Notes under the pieces: generated by a model
What the model saw: the letters and a program-made list of their open reading frames with translations, nothing else
What the model was told of the DNA's origin: nothing
Database searches by the model: none
Shown: piece by piece, positions 19,762-28,962 of the stretch
Position numbering within the stretch: position 1 is the first letter of the stretch
Layout of the letters: each line of letters opens with the position of its first letter
Assembly: GCA_964595725.1 (NCBI GenBank)
Contig: CAZQRQ010000012.1
Location: forward strand, 994-64,993
Direction of reading: 5' to 3'
Source of the DNA: an uncultured Rikenellaceae bacterium
Lineage (GTDB): Bacteria; Bacteroidota; Bacteroidia; Bacteroidales; VadinHA17
DNA length: 64,000 nt
Translations under genes and position numbers: made by a program

Positions 19762-20802
19762 TCACAATTCTTTTTTAAGAAGGTTCACAAAATCATTTAT
19801 TTCCTTCTCAGTCGTGTCCCAGCTGGTCATCCACCTGTATTCAGATGTTTCCTCGTTCCATGGATAGAAGAAAAAGTGCTCCTGGAGCCTTTTTGCGGCC
19901 CCTGAAGGCATTATCACGAATATACCGTTAGATTGTACCGGCTGAGTAATTCTGATGTCATTCAGGCCTTTTACGTGGTCATAGAGCATTCGTGCCATTG
20001 AATTGGCATGAGAGGCCAGTTTTTCCCAAAGCTCATCATTGAAATATGCAATATACTGTGCAGCTATATATCTCATTTTTGAGGCAAGCTGCATTCCCTG
20101 TTTTCTAATATACCTGAAATCTTCAGAAAGTCCAGGCTTAAGGAAACAGACAGCTTCACCGAACATCATCCCGTTTTTTGTCCCACCGAAAGAAAGCACA
20201 TCAACACCCGCATCAGTAGTAATTGCCCTGAAAGGAACTCCAAGAGATACTGCTGCATTTGCAATTCTTGCACCGTCCATATGAAGTAACATACCCCTGC
20301 TGTGAACATAACCGGCCAGAGCTGATATCTCTTCCGGGGCATATACAGTACCCATCTCAGAAGACTGGGTTATGGAAACGACCCTGGGCTGTGAGTGATG
20401 TTCAAAATCGAATCCGTGCATATGTTTGGAGAGCATTTCTGAATTGATCTTTCCATCAGCAGTATCGACTGTAAGTACTTTACATCCGCAATATTTTTCA
20501 GGGGCTCCGCACTCATCCTGCTCAATATGGGCAGAAAATGCCGTTATAATCGAATTCCACGATCTGGTAACAGCTGATATACCTAACACATTTGCTGCAG
20601 TACCGGTAAATACAAAGAATACTTCTGCAGAATCACCCAGATGATTTCTAAACAGCTGTATAGCTCTTTCTGTATATACATCTGAACCATAACCAATAAC
20701 ATGGCCATGATTGACTTCATTCAGAGCATCCAGGATTTCAGGATGAACACCTGCATTATTATCGCTTGCAAAACCTCTTGATGAATCCACTGGTATTAAC
20801 AT
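19762..20802 (-). CDS. ltaE: Low-specificity L-threonine aldolase / beta-eliminating lyase family PLP enzyme
   Basis: FASDNNAGVHPEILDAL at the N-terminus, HMDGARIANA, and SFGGTKNGMMFGEA (PLP lysine context) match the threonine aldolase family. Confidence 0.8.
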   Translation of the reverse strand: MLIPVDSSRGFASDNNAGVHPEILDALNEVNHGHVIGYGSDVYTERAIQLFRNHLGDSAEVFFVFTGTAANVLGISAVTRSWNSIITAFSAHIEQDECGAPEKYCGCKVLTVDTADGKINSEMLSKHMHGFDFEHHSQPRVVSITQSSEMGTVYAPEEISALAGYVHSRGMLLHMDGARIANAAVSLGVPFRAITTDAGVDVLSFGGTKNGMMFGEAVCFLKPGLSEDFRYIRKQGMQLASKMRYIAAQYIAYFNDELWEKLASHANSMARMLYDHVKGLNDIRITQPVQSNGIFVIMPSGAAKRLQEHFFFYPWNEETSEYRWMTSWDTTEKEINDFVNLLKKEL

Positions 20803-20827
20803 TAATAATAAATAAATGATGTCAGAC

Positions 20828-21028
20828 TTACGTTTTCTTCTTCCTGTATGCCAGGAATAGCATCAGAAGCCCGAAAACCAGCATGATGATGCCCATAATA
20901 ATGTTTATGTTGATCCCCAGAGATTTCCGGTACAATTCTGTATCCGATAATGTGATTATTCCGTAAATTGTTATTATCACTCCCAGGAGTGAGAACATAA
21001 ATCCTATTGGTAATCTTATATCAACCAT
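20828..21028 (-). CDS. Small two-TM membrane protein, possible accessory subunit of the upstream symporter
   Basis: 66-aa ORF with two hydrophobic helices and a KKKT tail. It lies 12 nt downstream of the symporter and 25 nt upstream of the aldolase gene on the same strand. Confidence 0.45.
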   Translation of the reverse strand: MVDIRLPIGFMFSLLGVIITIYGIITLSDTELYRKSLGININIIMGIIMLVFGLLMLFLAYRKKKT

Positions 21029-21040
21029 TTTAATTTCCTC

Positions 21041-22768
21041 CTACCAGAATATTATACTTAAAGCAACACATATAACAGTAACCAGGATTGCGAGACCTGC
21101 AGGCCGCTGGTACCATGGCAATCCGGCATCACCCCTGTCGCGGGGAGTCAGTGAATAAACAAGTCCATGCAACTCATCCACTGACCTAAGCTGCTTCGTC
21201 AAGAATGTTAAAATAACAGTAACTGATGTACTTGTTGTAAATGCAATTATAGCGGTCCAGAAATTTTGTGCCATCTCAACCGGGTAAGTATGTACAATTC
21301 CTATCCAGCCTCCTTTAAACAGCGTTGTAGCTCCTTCAGGGGCTGTCAGTCCATGGTGAAGCAATGCTATCAGAAAACCTGTTAACAGGCCTGTAAATGC
21401 AGCATGGCCAGTTGTACGCTTCCAAAACATTCCCAGGAAGATAACTGCAAAAAGCGGCGCATTGATCATTGAGAATATTGTCTGGAGAAAGTCCATTATG
21501 TTTCCGAATTTACTAGCTATATAAGCAGCTCCAATACTAATAAGGACTCCTGCCACGGTTGCTATCCTGCCGACATTCAGATAGTGCTTACCGTCAGCAT
21601 CCTCATCACCTGTTGATTTCCTTATATAACTCTGGTATATGTCGTAAGTCCAAACGGTGTTGAAAGCTGAAACATTGCCAGCCATTCCCGACATGAAAGA
21701 AGCAAGCAGGGCTGTGATGCCGAGTCCGAGAACACCTGTAGGAAGGTACTGTTTCAAAAGCATGATGATTGTGTAGTCATAGATAGGTTTTCCTCCTTCA
21801 TCAAGCGGAAGTGTGAATCCTTTTCCCGGATCGTTGAGTAATACGAGAGCAATAATCCCGGGAACTATAATAAGGAATGGTATGAACATTTTAGGCAGAG
21901 CGCCTATCAGTGGGACCTTCCTGGCAGCGGCTTGGGATTCAGCCGCAAAGGCACGCTGAACAATAAGGAAATTCGTGCACCAGTATCCAAAGGAAAGGAC
22001 AAAACCGAGTCCGAAAAGTATCCCGAACCATTCAACTCCCATCGGGTTAGATGTTGCTTCACCAGTATATTTCCAGGTAGTCGTCCAGGTGTCTGCTGCA
22101 AATCCATTTGCAGAAGTTAACGGAGCAAGACTCTCCTTTAGCCCTATCCATCCACCAACATCCTTAAGGCTGAGGAACACTAACGGGAGAAGCCCGATAA
22201 CGATGATGAAGAATTGAAGCACTTCGTTATAGATAGCTGAAGACAAGCCACCGAGATATGTGTAAACAAGTACAATAAGTGCAGAGATCCAAAGACTAAT
22301 GTTGAAATCCCAACCCAGGACTTTTTCCATCAGAATTGCCAATGCGTACATCGATATCCCTGATGCAAGTACTGTCATTACTGCGAACAGAATAGCATTA
22401 AGTCCCCGGGTCTTCTCATCGTATCTTAGCTTAAGGAACTCCGGGACTGATCTGGCCCTGGAACCATAATAGAAAGGCATCATGAACAGTGCAAGGAAGA
22501 TCATGGCAGGTATTGCGCCAATCCAGTAAAAATGCGTTGTAAGCATACCATACTTGAGGCCCGAACCAGTCATTCCCATTACTTCCAGGGCGCCCAGGTT
22601 GGTAGAAATGAATGCAAGCCCGGCAACCCATGCGGGCATTGATCTTCCTGCTTCAAGAAAGGCATTTGCATTTTTCATAAAACGCCTTAAGACCCAGCCA
22701 ATACCCAGGACAAAGACGAAATAGATCACCATGATGAGGTAATCGAGTAATCCAAGTTCAACTTTCAT
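21041..22768 (-). CDS. Sodium:solute symporter family (SSF/SGLT-like) transporter
   Basis: 575 aa and about 13-14 TM segments. N-terminal block GRSMPAWVAGLAFISTNLGALEVMGMTGSG and overall SSF-like organisation. The substrate cannot be assigned from sequence alone. Confidence 0.85.
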   Translation of the reverse strand: MKVELGLLDYLIMVIYFVFVLGIGWVLRRFMKNANAFLEAGRSMPAWVAGLAFISTNLGALEVMGMTGSGLKYGMLTTHFYWIGAIPAMIFLALFMMPFYYGSRARSVPEFLKLRYDEKTRGLNAILFAVMTVLASGISMYALAILMEKVLGWDFNISLWISALIVLVYTYLGGLSSAIYNEVLQFFIIVIGLLPLVFLSLKDVGGWIGLKESLAPLTSANGFAADTWTTTWKYTGEATSNPMGVEWFGILFGLGFVLSFGYWCTNFLIVQRAFAAESQAAARKVPLIGALPKMFIPFLIIVPGIIALVLLNDPGKGFTLPLDEGGKPIYDYTIIMLLKQYLPTGVLGLGITALLASFMSGMAGNVSAFNTVWTYDIYQSYIRKSTGDEDADGKHYLNVGRIATVAGVLISIGAAYIASKFGNIMDFLQTIFSMINAPLFAVIFLGMFWKRTTGHAAFTGLLTGFLIALLHHGLTAPEGATTLFKGGWIGIVHTYPVEMAQNFWTAIIAFTTSTSVTVILTFLTKQLRSVDELHGLVYSLTPRDRGDAGLPWYQRPAGLAILVTVICVALSIIFW

Positions 22769-22924
22769 AGTATTCCGTTATTACCATATATTAGTATTCG
22801 TTGAGGCGATAATAGAATATTAAAACCTGCCAGAGTAAAAATACATTTTATGCTGATAATTACTTTGCATCGGGCAGCTATTTTTGAATATTTTATGAGA
22901 TGAAAATATAAAACCAGATTATTT

Positions 22925-23764
22925 ATGGTCATAATATTTTCATACAGGCTGCATATAAAGCGTTTCTGGTCTATTAATTATATTTGTAAAAAACAACCAT
23001 TGAAGCACAGATACTTCATATTCATATCATACAGGGGTACTGCATATCATGGGTGGCAGGTTCAGCCTAATTCACTGACCGTCCAGGAGATACTTGACCG
23101 TTCCCTTTCCCAAATACTCAGGGAGGAAATTTCCACAACAGGTGCCGGGCGAACCGACGCAGGAGTTCATGCCCTGGTTTTTTGCGCCCATTTCGACTCT
23201 GCAGCCGTCAATCTTGATTCAGATGAACAGCTGATATTCAGACTTAACAGGTTTCTACCGAAAGACATTACCGTGACGCATATCAGACATGTCATCAAAG
23301 ATGCTAATGCAAGATTCAATGCTCTTTCCAGAACATATATATATTACATTTCCCTTTCAAAAGATCCATTTTCTCTTGAATCTTCGTGGTTCCTGCATGG
23401 CTCATTAGACATTGATAAAATGAATACTGCAGCTGATATATTATTCAGATACAGGGATTTTACCAGTTTTTCAAAACTCCATACGGATGTTAAGACCAAC
23501 GACTGCAGGATAATGGAGGCATTCTGGAAGGATCAAGGAGATAAACTCGTATTCACAATTAAAGCAGACCGTTTTTTAAGGAACATGGTCAGATCGATTG
23601 TCGGTACAATGGTGGACATTGGGTTTGGGAAAAAAAGTCTGGATGAATTTGAAAAAATTATTCAGGCAAAAAACAGGAGAATGGCTGGCTTCTCAGCTCC
23701 GGCTAAAGGTTTGTATCTGACCGCGATAGATTATCCTGATAATATCTTTGTCAGAAAACTCTAA
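22925..23764 (+). CDS. truA: tRNA pseudouridine(38-40) synthase
   Basis: YRGTAYHGWQVQPN and GAGRTDAGVHA (catalytic Asp) are TruA signatures. The conserved core begins near an in-frame TTG at 23000 (LKHRYFIFISY), so the true start may be 23000 rather than 22925. Confidence 0.88.
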   Translation: MVIIFSYRLHIKRFWSINYICKKQPLKHRYFIFISYRGTAYHGWQVQPNSLTVQEILDRSLSQILREEISTTGAGRTDAGVHALVFCAHFDSAAVNLDSDEQLIFRLNRFLPKDITVTHIRHVIKDANARFNALSRTYIYYISLSKDPFSLESSWFLHGSLDIDKMNTAADILFRYRDFTSFSKLHTDVKTNDCRIMEAFWKDQGDKLVFTIKADRFLRNMVRSIVGTMVDIGFGKKSLDEFEKIIQAKNRRMAGFSAPAKGLYLTAIDYPDNIFVRKL

Positions 23765-24507
23765 CTATTCCAGATCTCCCAGGATCTTTCAGCCTGGAAG
23801 ACGAGCATCGAATAACCTCCTATAACCTTGCAGCCTCTTCTTTTTCCCTCTTCCATGAACCTCGTAATTTCCGGATTATATACAAGGTCGTACAGGATAT
23901 GACTGCTGTTAAGGATATCATAATCAATGACGGGCTTATTGTGTATTGCGGGGAACATACCCAGTGGTGTTGTATTGACAATAAGCTGAATACCTGAAAG
24001 AATATCTCCTGTAATATCAGGGTAGCCTACAGAATCTTTACCCGGATTCCTGGAGACTTTTAAACATTTAATATTCAGCTTCCTGAGCACCCACTCCACG
24101 GAAAGTGAACTACCGCCGGTTCCCAGAATAAGCGCAGACTTTGTGTCTTCTGTCAGGTGCGGCAGCAAAGATTCCATGAAACCATATATATCTGAATTAT
24201 AGCCTTTCAGAAAGCGTCTCCCGGCATCATTTACGATCTTTATTACATTAACTGCACCCACATCCCCGGCCTCTTCATCTATAAAATCCAGAAGGTCTAT
24301 AACAGATGTCTTATAGGGAATTGTCACGTTTAATCCAATGAGATCGCGGGTATCTAACAGGTCGTTGAGCAGGCTGATATCATCCAGCTCATAATTATCA
24401 TATTGACAATCTGTTAATCCTTCCCTATAAAACTTTTCGTTAAAATATTTTTTTGAGAAGGAATGTCCTAGAGGATACCCTATAAGGCCATATTTTTTCA
24501 TGAACAT
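23761..24507 (-). CDS. aroE: Shikimate dehydrogenase
   Basis: YGLIGYPLGHSFSKKYFNEKF, NVTIPYK and ALILGTGGSS (dinucleotide fold) fit AroE. Confidence 0.88.
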   Translation of the reverse strand: MFMKKYGLIGYPLGHSFSKKYFNEKFYREGLTDCQYDNYELDDISLLNDLLDTRDLIGLNVTIPYKTSVIDLLDFIDEEAGDVGAVNVIKIVNDAGRRFLKGYNSDIYGFMESLLPHLTEDTKSALILGTGGSSLSVEWVLRKLNIKCLKVSRNPGKDSVGYPDITGDILSGIQLIVNTTPLGMFPAIHNKPVIDYDILNSSHILYDLVYNPEITRFMEEGKRRGCKVIGGYSMLVFQAERSWEIWNS

Positions 24508-24549
24508 TAAAGAATAACAATGTCATAAAAATAGAACTGACTCCGGCAG

Positions 24550-25323
24550 TTACTGTTTAAGATTATCAGGGAGGAACTGGAAAAACGTATCACCTCTCAG
24601 GCCACATCTAAGTGATTCCAGCGGGATAATTTCAGTCGGTGCAATATTTCCCAGGTTAACGTTAGCCCCAAAGTGTTTTATAAACCATGCCTGCTGTGAT
24701 TTCATAGGCGCTTCCCAGATAACATTCTCAAGCTTCACATGTTCTGAGATTGCATCAATGATCCTGTTATTAATTGAGCCATCATCATTGTAAATTCCTG
24801 TTGTTCCTGACTCACGGGCTTCAGCAATAACTTTAACAGAACCTGCTTCCAGCTCAGTTTTCATCATAAAAACCCATTCATCGGGAGAATAAACAACTTC
24901 CTTTTTCTTGGATCCGACTTCGGAAATTACCGTGACTGTTTTCGAAAGCTTTCTTATATAGTCAAGTTTTTCAGCATGGTCCATATCGTATGATCCATCG
25001 CTTATTTCTACCAGTTCGATCCCGTTTTCGTTTATAAATCGTACAAAATCATCAAACATACCACGTATTGCAAATGCTTCAAAAAGAGTACCTCCAAAAT
25101 ACGGTATGGTTCCCGAATTCTTATAAAGGCTGATCTTTCTTTCATACCCCGGTGTCAGAAGAGATGTTCCAAAGCCAAGTTTTACATAATCAGTATATTC
25201 ACTTCCTACTGACATAAAATCCTCGGCTTCTCTCAGGCTAAGACCTTTATCCATGACCATTGTAAGGCCGTAATTGCGTGGTTTAGAGGGTCGCTCAGGT
25301 ATGTATGGCAAAATTGTCTTCAT
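24550..25323 (-). CDS. comA: Phosphosulfolactate synthase (ComA family)
   Basis: PERPSKPRNYGLTMVMDKGL, YTDYVKLGFGTS, FGGTLFE and VEISDGS match the (2R)-phospho-3-sulfolactate synthase family. The start is set at ATG 25323 (MKTILPYIPERP). The ORF-track extension to 25515 overlaps the upstream TPR gene. Confidence 0.78.
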   Translation of the reverse strand: MKTILPYIPERPSKPRNYGLTMVMDKGLSLREAEDFMSVGSEYTDYVKLGFGTSLLTPGYERKISLYKNSGTIPYFGGTLFEAFAIRGMFDDFVRFINENGIELVEISDGSYDMDHAEKLDYIRKLSKTVTVISEVGSKKKEVVYSPDEWVFMMKTELEAGSVKVIAEARESGTTGIYNDDGSINNRIIDAISEHVKLENVIWEAPMKSQQAWFIKHFGANVNLGNIAPTEIIPLESLRCGLRGDTFFQFLPDNLKQ

Positions 25324-25324
25324 A

Positions 25325-26737
25325 TTATTCAATATTATTCTTAAGGAGTAACTTTTTAATCCTTTTATCAAGAAGGGAATCCGGGAAGAATTCCCTGAAT
25401 TCAATAAAAAGGGCAGAATCCATTTCAAGGGCATTCTTAAGATACACGATTGCTTCATCTGTCTTCCCCATGTGAAGTGAGAAGGATGAAAGGAGGTAAT
25501 TAATACCTGGCACATCGCCGGTAATCCTGTAAGCCTGAATCAGGAACGGGAACGCCCTGTTTATAAAGCCGTCATCGAGTATGATTTTCCCCAGGTCTGC
25601 CCAAACTTCATCGTAAAATGGATCAAGTTTAAGCGCTTCCCTGAAGCATCTCAGGGCAACTTTTTTGTCATTGTTGATATTATTGACTCTCCCCAGAAGG
25701 TGCCATATCTCGGGATTTTCAGAATCAAGCTTAACAGCCTTGCGCAGGTACCCCAGCGCTTTAGCATAATCGTTATCACTTAGTGCTATAACTCCCAACC
25801 CGAGCCAGGGATCAGCAAATTCAGGAGCAAGCTCTATCGCATCGTTGTAGTATTTCCTGGCAAGAAATTGATTTCCTGTCTTATCATAGCATTCTGCAAG
25901 ATAAGTCATTGCTTCAAAGCTATCAGGTTCATCATCAAGGTATTCGTGATAAACGGGTATTGCTTCGCCAAACCTGTCCAGATTACAAAGAATATTTCCC
26001 TTGTTAAAAAGTGCAAAAGTATTCTGGTTGTTTATTGCAAGAGCATACTCATAAGCTTCCAGTGCTTTTTCAGACTGATCCAGCTTATTATAAATCACAC
26101 CAAGATTATACCAAGCACTATCTGAGAATGGCTCATCATCAAGGTATAACCTGTAGTACTGTATGCTCTTTTCGTAGTTCTGAATTTTTTCATAAGCGTA
26201 TGCCAGGTCATAAATATGAGCCGTAAACCCGGGCTCAAGCTCAATAAGCCTTACAAGATACGGAATCAGATATTCGTAATAGTTGAGGTTCTGAAGTACA
26301 GAAGTTATTGTGTATAGGATGTTTTCAGTCTCATCAGAATCTTTTGTCAGAGCAAGGTCGAACATTTTTTTTGCACCCTGAATATCACCCAACATTCCAA
26401 GTGCCGTACCTTTGGCAATAAATATTTCATGATTTCCGGGTTCGATACCCTCAAGCTTTTTAAGAATCCTGATCGCTTCGAATGCTTTTCCCCGTTCAAT
26501 AAGCACCCTCGCTTTTCTAAGCTGAATAGATGGTGAACCCGGATGCTGCGAACTGGCTATTACAGTGACTTCAAAGGCCCTGGAAGAATTATTGCTCTCA
26601 ATATAGAAATCAATTATTGTCTCGAATTCAATAACATCGAAAAAGAAATTCTTATTATCCTTTTTCATCCTCTCGAACTTCTCGATAACCTCCCTGATCT
26701 CCTCCTCGTGTGATATGCCAAATTTCTCTTCTTCCAT
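25325..26737 (-). CDS. Tetratricopeptide repeat protein
   Basis: 470 aa with at least eight TPR-like units (repeated A..Y..AL..DP / W..LG patterns). Its stop lies 1 nt from the comA start. Confidence 0.78.
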   Translation of the reverse strand: MEEEKFGISHEEEIREVIEKFERMKKDNKNFFFDVIEFETIIDFYIESNNSSRAFEVTVIASSQHPGSPSIQLRKARVLIERGKAFEAIRILKKLEGIEPGNHEIFIAKGTALGMLGDIQGAKKMFDLALTKDSDETENILYTITSVLQNLNYYEYLIPYLVRLIELEPGFTAHIYDLAYAYEKIQNYEKSIQYYRLYLDDEPFSDSAWYNLGVIYNKLDQSEKALEAYEYALAINNQNTFALFNKGNILCNLDRFGEAIPVYHEYLDDEPDSFEAMTYLAECYDKTGNQFLARKYYNDAIELAPEFADPWLGLGVIALSDNDYAKALGYLRKAVKLDSENPEIWHLLGRVNNINNDKKVALRCFREALKLDPFYDEVWADLGKIILDDGFINRAFPFLIQAYRITGDVPGINYLLSSFSLHMGKTDEAIVYLKNALEMDSALFIEFREFFPDSLLDKRIKKLLLKNNIE

Positions 26738-26980
26738 TACAATAACCTAACAGACGACAAAAATAATACTATTTTTTACAAACCGGTTTTTACAATTATC
26801 TAATTATCAACAATCAAGTATTATAATAAACATTTATATACTAATATTTTAACACTTCGCAGCTGTTTTTTTTATTTGCACAGACGCAACCCGGATTGTT
26901 AAATCTGCATCTTATAATTATTGAAGCAAACCCTCATACCCAAATATACCCTAGAATTAACCTAAATTCTAACTTCACTG

Positions 26981-27005
26981 AACCGGGCCAAAAACCCGGT
27001 TTTTT
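26981..27005 (+). terminator. Orphan intrinsic-terminator-like hairpin in a divergent intergenic region
   Basis: AACCGGG / CCCGGTT is a perfect 7-bp stem with a 7-nt loop, running into a T6 tract on the plus strand only. No plus-strand gene ends upstream of it. Confidence 0.4.
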
Positions 27006-27021
27006 CTTAATCTATAATTAA

Positions 27022-27029
27022 TATCTTTG
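27022..27029 (+). promoter_or_regulatory. Candidate -7 promoter box (TAnnTTTG) for the PD40 lipoprotein gene
   Basis: TATCTTTG is an exact match, 26 nt upstream of ATG 27055 and downstream of the orphan hairpin. Confidence 0.3.
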
Positions 27030-27054
27030 TATCAATTCAAACAATATCCGAGTT

Positions 27055-28056
27055 ATGAAACGATTGTTTTCAGGTATAACGGCTACACTTCTGGCAGGTG
27101 TAATAGTAATTTATTGTCTGACTGGATGTAATAAAACTGAAAATCCGATAAAATACCAGTATGGGACTTTCCCGGATTCCGTCTTTAATCTTACAGGGTT
27201 AAACTCTCAGTATGATGATTATAATACCACATGCTATCTCCTGGGAGGTGTCCTTCAGGTAATCTTTTCCAGCAACAGGGGAAGCAGCGGGGGTCAATAT
27301 GATCTTGTACAGGGCCAGATCTCCTTTAGCTTTGATCAGACAAACGGGAATTTCAGTGTTAATGGACAAAACAGCAGTGATCCCTTTTATGGAGCCCTGA
27401 TCAGCAAAGCCAATACGGATGGGAACGATTTTGGTCCTTATGCCGTCTTCAGCTCGTCCGATGGCTACGAGTACTTTATTGTTGCTTCCCAGGCAGCAGA
27501 AGGTGACCTGGACTTATATTATCTGAGATATCTGCCGTTTTTTGGCTCCATCCCCCCCATTTCAGGGCCATATCCGATAGCAAAAATAAATAGCAGCTCC
27601 GACGATGCATATATAGCATTCGATTTCAACAGGGATTCTGTATATTTCTGTTCTGACAGGGATGGAGACTATGACATATATGCTCTGGACAAAAATACTG
27701 AATCATATATGGATTTATGGTTCGATGGAAGTTTTGAACCTGCAACTGCTGTCGACAGCGTTAACAGTAGCTATGATGACAAATGCCCGTTTCTCAGTGG
27801 TAAAATGATGGTCTTCGCATCTGATCGTCCGGGAGGTCTTGGTGGTTTTGACCTATACTACTCGATTTTCAGAAATGGTAAATGGAACTCCCCGGTCAAT
27901 TTCGGCCCCGGGATAAACAGCTCTTCAGATGAATACAGGCCACTTATCGACATACATCCGGATTACACCAATGCATTTATGGTATTTTCCTCTAACAGAC
28001 CGGGAGGAAATGGTGGGTACGACCTTTACTTTACGGGATTCAGTCTGGATGAATAA
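27055..28056 (+). CDS. Lipoprotein with TolB-like PD40 (WD40-like beta-propeller) repeats
   Basis: Lipobox LTGC after a hydrophobic N-terminus. Repeated FSSNRGSSGGQYDL, FCSDRDGDYDIY, FASDRPGGLGGFDLYY and FSSNRPGGNGGYDLYF are PD40-type repeats. Confidence 0.72.
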   Translation: MKRLFSGITATLLAGVIVIYCLTGCNKTENPIKYQYGTFPDSVFNLTGLNSQYDDYNTTCYLLGGVLQVIFSSNRGSSGGQYDLVQGQISFSFDQTNGNFSVNGQNSSDPFYGALISKANTDGNDFGPYAVFSSSDGYEYFIVASQAAEGDLDLYYLRYLPFFGSIPPISGPYPIAKINSSSDDAYIAFDFNRDSVYFCSDRDGDYDIYALDKNTESYMDLWFDGSFEPATAVDSVNSSYDDKCPFLSGKMMVFASDRPGGLGGFDLYYSIFRNGKWNSPVNFGPGINSSSDEYRPLIDIHPDYTNAFMVFSSNRPGGNGGYDLYFTGFSLDE

Positions 28057-28074
28057 AGAAAAGATATTTTAATT

Positions 28075-28950
28075 TCAGGCCTCCTTCATTTCAACGGCAA
28101 GCAGGGTATTTCTCAGGAGTGATACTCTGGTCATGGGACCTACTCCGCCGGGAACTGGTGTTATAAAAGAGCACTTCGGGGCAACATTTGTAAAGTCCAC
28201 ATCACCTGTAAGTTTCCATCCTGACTTTGTTTTCTGCGATTCAACCCTGGTTGTTCCCACATCAATAACCACGGCTCCTTCCCTTACCATATCGGCAGTA
28301 ACAAAGCCCGGTGAGCCAATGGCTGCAATAATAATGTCGGCCTGAAGCAGGATGCCGGGAATATTTCCGGATTTACTGTGGATGACCGTAACTGTACAAT
28401 CAATACCTTTCTGAGACAGCAAAACACTGACAGGTCTGCCAACAATATTGCTCCGGCCAATTACGACACAGTTTTTTCCCGCTGTTTCAATCCTGTATCT
28501 TTTTATAAGCTCTGTTATGCCATAAGGAGTAGCCGGTAAAAAACCGGGCAAGCCAACTACCATCCTTCCGAGATTTACCGGATGGAAACCATCTGCATCC
28601 TTAGCGGGATCAATTGCCTCTATCACTTTGTTCTCGGAAATATGCCCGGGAAGAGGTAACTGGACAATAAAACCGTCCACATCGGCATCTGAATTAAGTT
28701 CATTGATCCGGCCAAGAAGGACATCCTCGGCAATCTCAGAAGGCAACCTGATCAACGTTGATCTGAATCCTACTTCAGCACAGTCTTTTACTTTATTAGC
28801 CACATAGGTTTCGCTTGATCCATCGTTTCCGACCAATATTGCAGCAAGATGGGGTACCTTTTTTCCAGTCCTTGAACGCTCACTTACTTTCGCAGCAATT
28901 TCAAGTTTAATTTCAGAAGCAATTTTCTTTCCGTCTATTAAAACATACAT
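28075..28950 (-). CDS. folD: Bifunctional methylenetetrahydrofolate dehydrogenase / methenyltetrahydrofolate cyclohydrolase
   Basis: [30 protein letters not shown] and [11 protein letters not shown] are FolD signatures. Confidence 0.93.
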   Translation of the reverse strand: MYVLIDGKKIASEIKLEIAAKVSERSRTGKKVPHLAAILVGNDGSSETYVANKVKDCAEVGFRSTLIRLPSEIAEDVLLGRINELNSDADVDGFIVQLPLPGHISENKVIEAIDPAKDADGFHPVNLGRMVVGLPGFLPATPYGITELIKRYRIETAGKNCVVIGRSNIVGRPVSVLLSQKGIDCTVTVIHSKSGNIPGILLQADIIIAAIGSPGFVTADMVREGAVVIDVGTTRVESQKTKSGWKLTGDVDFTNVAPKCSFITPVPGGVGPMTRVSLLRNTLLAVEMKEA

Positions 28951-28962
28951 GATACTATATTT

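Noticed and set aside
22769-22924. Possible glycine or amino-acid riboswitch ahead of the symporter/aldolase operon
   Set aside because: The minus-strand leader is AT-rich. It lacks the conserved GGAGAG...CACCG-type cores and has no convincing stems.
25324-25515. N-terminal 64-aa extension of the ComA-like ORF
   Set aside because: It overlaps the 3-prime end of the TPR gene in another frame. Homology-like sequence starts at MKTILPYIPERP (ATG 25323), directly after the TPR stop.
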